Of a stretch of DNA of 59,681 bases, positions 54,510 to 59,681 are shown piece by piece. The first letter of the stretch is position 1. Each line of letters starts with the position of its first letter. The DNA is taken from IMG/VR virus record IMGVR_UViG_3300031787_000134, positions 1 through 59,681 of that record; one strand, 5' to 3'. The notes under the pieces were generated by a model. It saw nothing but the letters and a program-made list of their open reading frames with translations, was not told where the DNA came from and made no database searches. Origin of the DNA: a virus. Taxonomy: Duplodnaviria > Caudoviricetes. The translations under genes and the position numbers were made by a program.

Positions 54510-55219
54510 TTATTGACTCCATTCGTGATAAATTGTTCGTGGATATAGACAATTTGATTGTAGCCGAACAACCCGCCGAAGGCGGAGGTATCAAGGGCCG
54601 GCTTCTCGGGGTACAAGTTACTCACGCTGTTAGTGACCTTGGTAAAGAATCCAGGTGCCGTTACTAGTAGATTGTGCGCTTGGTGGAGGGTCTCATTGTA
54701 AAAGTGCATCAAGATATCGGCTTCGCTCATCGAGAGGTGGGCACGCAAATCATGCAATGCGACTTCGTCGGCTTGTTGTAATTGGGTAGCTAAGTTGCTG
54801 GCCAGTTGTGCAGTGACCACACCTTGCGCGAAGATACGGACAGGATGCCACAGCAAGAAGCTATGTGGAGTAGAGTATCTCTCATCGCAAAAGAGCAGCA
54901 ACTGAAACGCCATGCTCGCAGCCAAGCCCCTTACAAAACACCTGAAGTGGACACCTTCACTCTTGAGTTGAACCATCTTGTCAACTAAAAAGCTACCGGC
55001 TATTACACTCCCGCCAGGACTAGAGATAATGATGTCGATATCCTTTCCGGTCTTAGCCAACGCGTCCATTGCATTCAGCATCGGGCCGGCGATATTGTCC
55101 GAGATAACCCCGTTCAAGACGATGGTTCTTTCCGGGACAAGTTCCACCTCGGTCTTCGCTCTTGCGAAAGTAGACAAAAACAAGGAAGCTAACAAGATTA
55201 GAAACTTCATTACAAACAT
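54506..55219 (-). CDS. ClpP/crotonase-fold serine protease with signal peptide
   Basis: ISSPGGSV, AASMA (catalytic Ser), LWHP (His); N-terminal MKFLILLASLFLSTFARA. Confidence 0.75.
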   Translation of the reverse strand: MFVMKFLILLASLFLSTFARAKTEVELVPERTIVLNGVISDNIAGPMLNAMDALAKTGKDIDIIISSPGGSVIAGSFLVDKMVQLKSEGVHFRCFVRGLAASMAFQLLLFCDERYSTPHSFLLWHPVRIFAQGVVTAQLASNLATQLQQADEVALHDLRAHLSMSEADILMHFYNETLHQAHNLLVTAPGFFTKVTNSVSNLYPEKPALDTSAFGGLFGYNQIVYIHEQFITNGVNK

Positions 55220-55851
55220 CTCCCGAGGTAAGAGTTGACGCGGAGAACATACTCCTGCGTCTCTTTAGATAAGGTACCGGTTTGAATGAGCCGTGTCAAC
55301 TGGGCATACCCACCATTATACAGCACCAAAGCTAAGGTACGATTGCCGTCCACGTAATCGAGGTAATACTTGAGAAGACACGTCCCATACTTGACATTCG
55401 CTCGGTTATCCATTAACCTCGCTACTAGAGTCTCGTCACTCACCCCCCGGGCATAAGGCAAGCGGCACTGGATGGCTGCTTCCTTTGCCCCTATGAGTGT
55501 AACTTGCATCAGGCCGTACGCTCCCGCTCCAGAGACTGCATCTCTGTTGAAGCCCGATTCAGCTGCGACGACAGATGCCGCCAGCTTGAGGAACGTGGTA
55601 GACGTATCAACGGACTCACTACCGAGTAAGAACATCGCGGCTTTTACCTGCTCGGGGGAAACAGCCCGGCCAATGGCCAGCTTCTCCCCACACTCGTGCC
55701 ACGACAACAGCTCCGGAGACCAAGGCAAGAAGTCACCGCTTCCCGCCTTTATCTGGGTCTCGGCCATAACCGGACCGGTCACCGCGACCGTGGAGATTAT
55801 ACTCCCTAGTAACTTTACGATTATTGTCTTCACGGAATTTTTTAGCTGCAT
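55210..55851 (-). CDS. soluble lytic transglycosylase (SLT domain)
   Basis: AESGFN..AVS.AGAYGLMQV...YNGG...ETQEYV; start uncertain. Confidence 0.9.
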   Translation of the reverse strand: MQLKNSVKTIIVKLLGSIISTVAVTGPVMAETQIKAGSGDFLPWSPELLSWHECGEKLAIGRAVSPEQVKAAMFLLGSESVDTSTTFLKLAASVVAAESGFNRDAVSGAGAYGLMQVTLIGAKEAAIQCRLPYARGVSDETLVARLMDNRANVKYGTCLLKYYLDYVDGNRTLALVLYNGGYAQLTRLIQTGTLSKETQEYVLRVNSYLGRCL

Positions 55852-56188
55852 CTTTCTTCCTCTTATACTCCGAGGCTAGCGCCTCGGTGTCGAGCGTGCT
55901 GGTTTCAGACTTGTCTTCTTCTCTTTGTACTATGGCGCGGCTGCCTGCTAGTTCATTTCCAGTATCGGCGAGGTACTCATTCTGCTTCCGGACCATGTCC
56001 TTGAGTTCGCCCATGGTCTGGTTAATCTTGGCTAGCTTCTCTTGCAAAGCGGCTTGTTTGGTGGCGGTGGGGTCTAAGAGACCCCCGGGCCGGGTTGCGG
56101 GTGGTTTGTCAAATTGCTCCTTGACAATCTTGCGGGTACGCTTCTCCCGTATCATCGGGATAACGTTGCTGGGCTTGTCCTCGCTCAC
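55733..56188 (-). CDS. hypothetical coiled-coil protein
   Basis: AAGGAGG RBS; charged. Confidence 0.55.
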   Translation of the reverse strand: MSEDKPSNVIPMIREKRTRKIVKEQFDKPPATRPGGLLDPTATKQAALQEKLAKINQTMGELKDMVRKQNEYLADTGNELAGSRAIVQREEDKSETSTLDTEALASEYKRKKDAAKKFREDNNRKVTREYNLHGRGDRSGYGRDPDKGGKR

Positions 56189-56290
56189 AGTCTGCCCTCC
56201 TTCCTTGCTCTGTTGATACGCTGATTCAGATTGTACACTAGTCTCTTCCGAAGTTTCTTTTCGGGTTTCATTGTTGCGCCTTTACCTGGT

Positions 56291-56569
56291 TTAGTCTTCA
56301 TTGTGAAATCCTTTGTTGGTGGCAAGGTAATATGCTTCTAGTGTGTCTAGTCTCTTGACAACTTCAGCTAAGTATTCATCCTTCTCTCGCTGCCGTTCGG
56401 CTAAGTCCTCAGCTACTGCGGCCACGATATCGGGCCTCTTGTCGAGAGCATCCGTTAGGATGTCGAACAGCGCTTGCGCGCTGTCGGCATTGGTAATGCC
56501 TTCCCGATATAGAGCGTCAGTTAATCTGGCTGCGAGTTGGATACTGGAAGTGATTTCGTTGGTCTTCAT
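56291..56569 (-). CDS. hypothetical protein
   Basis: GAGGAG RBS, TAATG coupling. Confidence 0.6.
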   Translation of the reverse strand: MKTNEITSSIQLAARLTDALYREGITNADSAQALFDILTDALDKRPDIVAAVAEDLAERQREKDEYLAEVVKRLDTLEAYYLATNKGFHNED

Positions 56570-56778
56570 TACAGAATCTCCTCACTAAAGGCGGCGTGGA
56601 CCGCGGTGTAAACCGCTTTTACCTGGTAAGGGGGAGCATCTTTTAGTGCTCGAAGGATAGCCATCTCCACCTCGTGTGCCGCGTCAGAGGAGCAGCCAGC
56701 TAATTCGCTGACCGAGGCTGCCAGTAGATTGGCGACACTGTCTACTTGATATTGATAATCAGTATCGTTGCTGTTCAT
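56569..56778 (-). CDS. hypothetical protein
   Basis: GAGG RBS. Confidence 0.55.
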   Translation of the reverse strand: MNSNDTDYQYQVDSVANLLAASVSELAGCSSDAAHEVEMAILRALKDAPPYQVKAVYTAVHAAFSEEIL

Positions 56779-56785
56779 ATCTGCC

Positions 56786-56998
56786 TCAGAAAGGGGTGTT
56801 AATAATGGGAGCTACTTCGGTAGGCTCCTCGTCTGTAAAGACGAGATGGATTGGGTACATCGGGACATCGTCTCGGGTGACTATGTCCAGCTTCTGGACA
56901 AGGACATCGGGTATGCCCTCGACATTGCTGATAAACAAGTCCCTCTCCCATTCAGTATCGAAGTACGCGACATTGCTAAATCCCGGTAAGTCTCGCAC
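56786..56998 (-). CDS. hypothetical acidic protein
   Basis: AAGGAGG RBS. Confidence 0.55.
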   Translation of the reverse strand: MRDLPGFSNVAYFDTEWERDLFISNVEGIPDVLVQKLDIVTRDDVPMYPIHLVFTDEEPTEVAPIINTPF

Positions 56999-57001
56999 GG
57001 C

Positions 57002-57175
57002 TCAATCCTCCTTAGCATAATTGGTAAAGTGATACTTGACTTTGACTGGGTATACTATCCTGCCGTCTTCGGTTTTCTCGGCCAACAGCTCCGCTGGTAT
57101 ATTCTCTTCGGCACACTTCGCGATAAACTTGAGGGCATCTTCTTTGGAGTCGAGAAAGAATGTTTCGGTCTTCAC
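57002..57175 (-). CDS. hypothetical protein (possible paralog of 58688-58852)
   Basis: AGGGAG RBS after hairpin element; shares DG..VYPV motif. Confidence 0.55.
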   Translation of the reverse strand: MKTETFFLDSKEDALKFIAKCAEENIPAELLAEKTEDGRIVYPVKVKYHFTNYAKED

Positions 57176-57186
57176 GTTCACTCCCT

Positions 57187-57212
57187 TGTATCGGGCACTT
57201 CGTGCCCTTTGC
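57187..57212 (-). repeat. dispersed hairpin element directly 5' of an RBS
   Basis: GCAAAGGGCAC-GAA-GTGCCCGATACA then AGGGAG. Confidence 0.85.
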
Positions 57213-57219
57213 AATCTTG

Positions 57220-57558
57220 TTATTCTTCCCCAGTTGTTGGCCGGGGATAGTTCTCATGAGTTACAGTAACCGCCTTTACCTGGTCCGGGATAATCGTCTT
57301 GAGTCCGCTGTCGCCCTTCTCCTCCCGATAGTTCAATTTTGTGGCGAGGATAGTGAGCAGCTGCGAGAGCATGATTTGGTCCAAGTATGGGATGGTCCTG
57401 TAAATCACAGTACCGGAAGCGTATTCTACTTTGACTCTCGCCCATTTGAGGTCTCTCCTAGCCGCGCGATACGCCCTAGCAAAAGAAAAACTCACCTTCA
57501 CTGCTGTGTACCCTAGCAACGCTAGTCCGCCATAGATTAGGATAGTACCGATACTCAT
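57220..57558 (-). CDS. membrane-anchored hypothetical protein
   Basis: N-terminal TM helix; AGGAG RBS. Confidence 0.55.
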   Translation of the reverse strand: MSIGTILIYGGLALLGYTAVKVSFSFARAYRAARRDLKWARVKVEYASGTVIYRTIPYLDQIMLSQLLTILATKLNYREEKGDSGLKTIIPDQVKAVTVTHENYPRPTTGEE

Positions 57559-57749
57559 TTGTTTGGCTCCTGTTCATTGAGAAAGTTCGCAATTAAATTA
57601 GCTAGCTCGTCCGCTTTTTTTAATAGGCGCCTATCCCCATTGTGCTTAATCTGAATGCATAGACCCCGGTTTGCGTGTCCATGTGTATTGTGGACGCCAA
57701 TACTTCTTGCATCTATATCTACTGTATCCGTGTTTTTATACCAAAACAT
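57555..57749 (-). CDS. hypothetical protein
   Basis: GAGGTGG RBS. Confidence 0.5.
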   Translation of the reverse strand: MFWYKNTDTVDIDARSIGVHNTHGHANRGLCIQIKHNGDRRLLKKADELANLIANFLNEQEPNK

Positions 57750-57750
57750 A

Positions 57751-58077
57751 TTAGACCACCTCGCTATTGCTATATTGTTCCATGAAATCGTTCAGTTCCC
57801 CTTCGTCGTAGTATCTGCCATCTAGCTCGACTACGTCCATGTTATCAATGTAAGTCAGGACTTCTTGGCGGTACGCAGTCGGGTCCACCTCGCGGAGTAC
57901 TTGAGACGGGGAGTAAGTGTAGGAACCGATAACAACTTCGGGCAGGGTGTCGTCCATTAGTTCATCGTGTCTCTGCTCTAGCTCTGCTTCAGTCCAGAAG
58001 CTGACCGTTTCGAGCGCAGCGTCTAACAGTTCCGGTCTGGCATTGAAGAGTTGGCGGGCTTTGTTGTACGTTGACAT
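57751..58077 (-). CDS. highly acidic early protein (DNA-mimic candidate)
   Basis: About 24 D/E versus 7 K/R in 108 aa by hand count; AAGGA RBS. Confidence 0.6.
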   Translation of the reverse strand: MSTYNKARQLFNARPELLDAALETVSFWTEAELEQRHDELMDDTLPEVVIGSYTYSPSQVLREVDPTAYRQEVLTYIDNMDVVELDGRYYDEGELNDFMEQYSNSEVV

Positions 58078-58290
58078 AGCTAATTCCTTTCAGTCATTAT
58101 CTTTTCTGCGAAGCATTGACTTTTTATTGGGTCAAGGAGGGGACACCGTCCGTGGTGTCTTGTAGGCTGGCCTTGACTCGCGGTAACGGACAACCGCAAG
58201 GCGGTGTTCCTTGACGATTTGTCCCATAGCGGATATCATGGAGGTATCTTGATTGCTACTAGCAGCATCCTGCTGCGTTGTATAACTATC

Positions 58291-58317
58291 TTATCGGCAC
58301 TTTTTAGAAAAACTTGA
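58291..58317 (-). promoter_or_regulatory. sigma28-type promoter
   Basis: TCAAGTTT...GCCGATAA (N15). Confidence 0.7.
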
Positions 58318-58320
58318 GAA

Positions 58321-58668
58321 CTATTTTTGGCTATCTGTGTCGGGCATTGGAGCACTCTTGACTGTCGTGCTGTCTGTATTGACGAGAGGCAATATTAGCC
58401 GGGTTGAGTACTTTGTGGCGATACTATCTAACTCAGCTTTTTCGCCGTAAATAAACCCACGTACCCAGATATCAACCGCAGATTCAATCAAACTTACAGT
58501 TATTTGAGTCTCACTTGTACGGACGCACTTGAGACTGTATGGCTTGTTCTTCGATGATTCCGGTATATAGATTTGAGGAATCAATTCGTCTAGTGAATTA
58601 AAATCTATCAATTCAGACTCTTCGCCGGTCATATCGTAAAAAGCTGGATAATACCGTTTGTACTGCAT
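58321..58668 (-). CDS. hypothetical protein
   Basis: 115-aa AT-rich ORF. Confidence 0.5.
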   Translation of the reverse strand: MQYKRYYPAFYDMTGEESELIDFNSLDELIPQIYIPESSKNKPYSLKCVRTSETQITVSLIESAVDIWVRGFIYGEKAELDSIATKYSTRLILPLVNTDSTTVKSAPMPDTDSQK

Positions 58669-58687
58669 GGGAATGCCCTTTATCTAG

Positions 58688-58852
58688 TTAGTCAAGACTG
58701 TACTCAGTGAATTCGACGGGGTATACCGTAGTCCCGTCTTTACCTATTATAGGCCGGAGCGCGATAGCCCGGCAGTCGGGACGGTTGCCATAGGTGGCGA
58801 GGAACACCAGTCTCGCCGCCTCGCTATTGTAGTATTGGATGGAGCGTTTCAC
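58688..58852 (-). CDS. small hypothetical protein (54 aa)
   Basis: Read manually; GTGA overlap with the upstream ORF; GAGG RBS. Confidence 0.45.
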   Translation of the reverse strand: MKRSIQYYNSEAARLVFLATYGNRPDCRAIALRPIIGKDGTTVYPVEFTEYSLD

Positions 58853-59025
58853 GCTTCGGTACCTCGCTGTTCGTTGTCGGGGGGAGTCACGGTGTCGCAG
58901 CTGAGACCCCGCGCCTTTACCTCGCTATGGAACTCGTCGGGGGTGATGATTCCCGTGTCAAGGAATACCTCTAGCTCCACATAATTATACCGAGATAGGT
59001 CTAACGTGTAGTTAATTTTGGTCAC
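58849..59025 (-). CDS. small hypothetical protein (58 aa)
   Basis: Read manually; AGGAG RBS directly after a hairpin element. Confidence 0.5.
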   Translation of the reverse strand: MTKINYTLDLSRYNYVELEVFLDTGIITPDEFHSEVKARGLSCDTVTPPDNEQRGTEA

Positions 59026-59035
59026 GGTGGTCTCC

Positions 59036-59062
59036 TGTATCGGACGCTAGCGCGTCCTTTGC
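59036..59062 (-). repeat. dispersed hairpin element directly 5' of an RBS
   Basis: GCAAAGGACGC-GCTA-GCGTCCGATACA then GGAG. Confidence 0.85.
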
Positions 59063-59078
59063 GACTAGTTGCTTTTAC

Positions 59079-59291
59079 CTATTTGTGTTTAAACCAGTAA
59101 ACCGTCTTCATGGAATGGGAATCGTATTCGGCCGCAATATTAGTGGCCTTTACCTGTTTTGCCATCGCCATAAGCGCGTGATATTCATCACTGAATACTT
59201 TGTATCCGTTCAGTAAAACATAAATAGTATTCTTGTCTTTTCTGTCCCAGAAATAGTTTCCGTCGTTTAAGAATTCATAAAAGTTTTGCAT
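59079..59291 (-). CDS. hypothetical early protein
   Basis: MQNFYEF...; AT-rich ORF. Confidence 0.5.
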   Translation of the reverse strand: MQNFYEFLNDGNYFWDRKDKNTIYVLLNGYKVFSDEYHALMAMAKQVKATNIAAEYDSHSMKTVYWFKHK

Positions 59292-59312
59292 AATTTGCCC
59301 TTTACCTGTTGT

Positions 59313-59340
59313 TGTATCGGACATCAAGGATGTCCTTTCC
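59313..59340 (-). repeat. dispersed hairpin element
   Basis: GGAAAGGACATC-CTT-GATGTCCGATACA. Confidence 0.85.
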
Positions 59341-59537
59341 GGCTTTTACCTGTTGTTGTACTGTACATAGTGAAAAGTAACTAGTGTTTCGGTTTCGGTT
59401 CGGGTTTAACTAACTCAGCCCGGATTCACCGCTTGTTAATTATTATGCACGTGCCGTGCCAATATTGGCTTGTTGTTTTTGTTGTTGTTTTTGCCCAATA
59501 CAGCGTCGACAGACTGGTCGGCGTCAATTAGTTAATT

Positions 59538-59681
59538 GACGGGTCAGCTACCGCGACGGGTCAGCTACCGCGACGGGTCAGCTACCGCGACGGGTCAGCT
59601 ACCGCGACGGGTCAGCTACCGCGACGGGTCAGCTACCGCGACGGGTCAGCTACCGCGACGGGTCAGCTACCGCGACGGGTC
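59538..59681. repeat. perfect 17-bp tandem repeat (GACGGGTCAGCTACCGC) x8 plus a partial unit continuing into positions 1-7
   Basis: Eight identical units, then GACGGGTC; the window starts with AGCTACC. Confidence 0.95.

Noticed and set aside
59538-59681. CRISPR array, given the Cas4-like gene
   Set aside because: Units are contiguous with no spacers; stand-alone Cas4-like nucleases are common in phages.
1-59681. Stop-codon reassignment suggested by frequent TAG/CTAG
   Set aside because: Core genes are intact in the standard code, and TAG ends genes at sensible positions (1578, 3978, 20036, 29070).
1-59681. Prophage/temperate lifestyle
   Set aside because: No integrase, CI-like repressor, partition genes or flanking host genes were recognised.

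Overview
The window looks like a complete or near-complete ~59.7 kb lytic tailed-phage genome with podovirus-like, P22-style gene content. It is opened inside a 17-bp tandem repeat whose last unit continues across the end/start junction. The + strand (about 1-39.3 kb) carries an HNH endonuclease, TerS, fibre/decoration genes, TerL, portal, an M15 peptidase, scaffold, major capsid, three tail-fibre genes, adaptor, a 1822-aa nozzle-like protein and probable ejection proteins, mostly under sigma70-type promoters. The - strand (about 39.3-59.4 kb) carries a DinG-like helicase and a family-A DNA polymerase (each with an intein), Cas4-like, RuvC-like and PD-(D/E)XK nucleases, a DUF5664-like dNTPase, a ClpP-fold protein, an SLT and many small ORFs. 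Three signals stand out. (1) A ~0.92 kb segment bounded by a perfect 19-bp inverted repeat holds a second, silent, in-frame tail-fibre tip, yet no invertase is recognisable. (2) A dispersed family of 8-9 hairpins with covarying stems and fixed flanks sits in the early region, often against an RBS. (3) Sigma28/FliA-type promoters lie upstream of early genes and the switchable fibre. All calls come from reading motifs by eye; no database searches were run.
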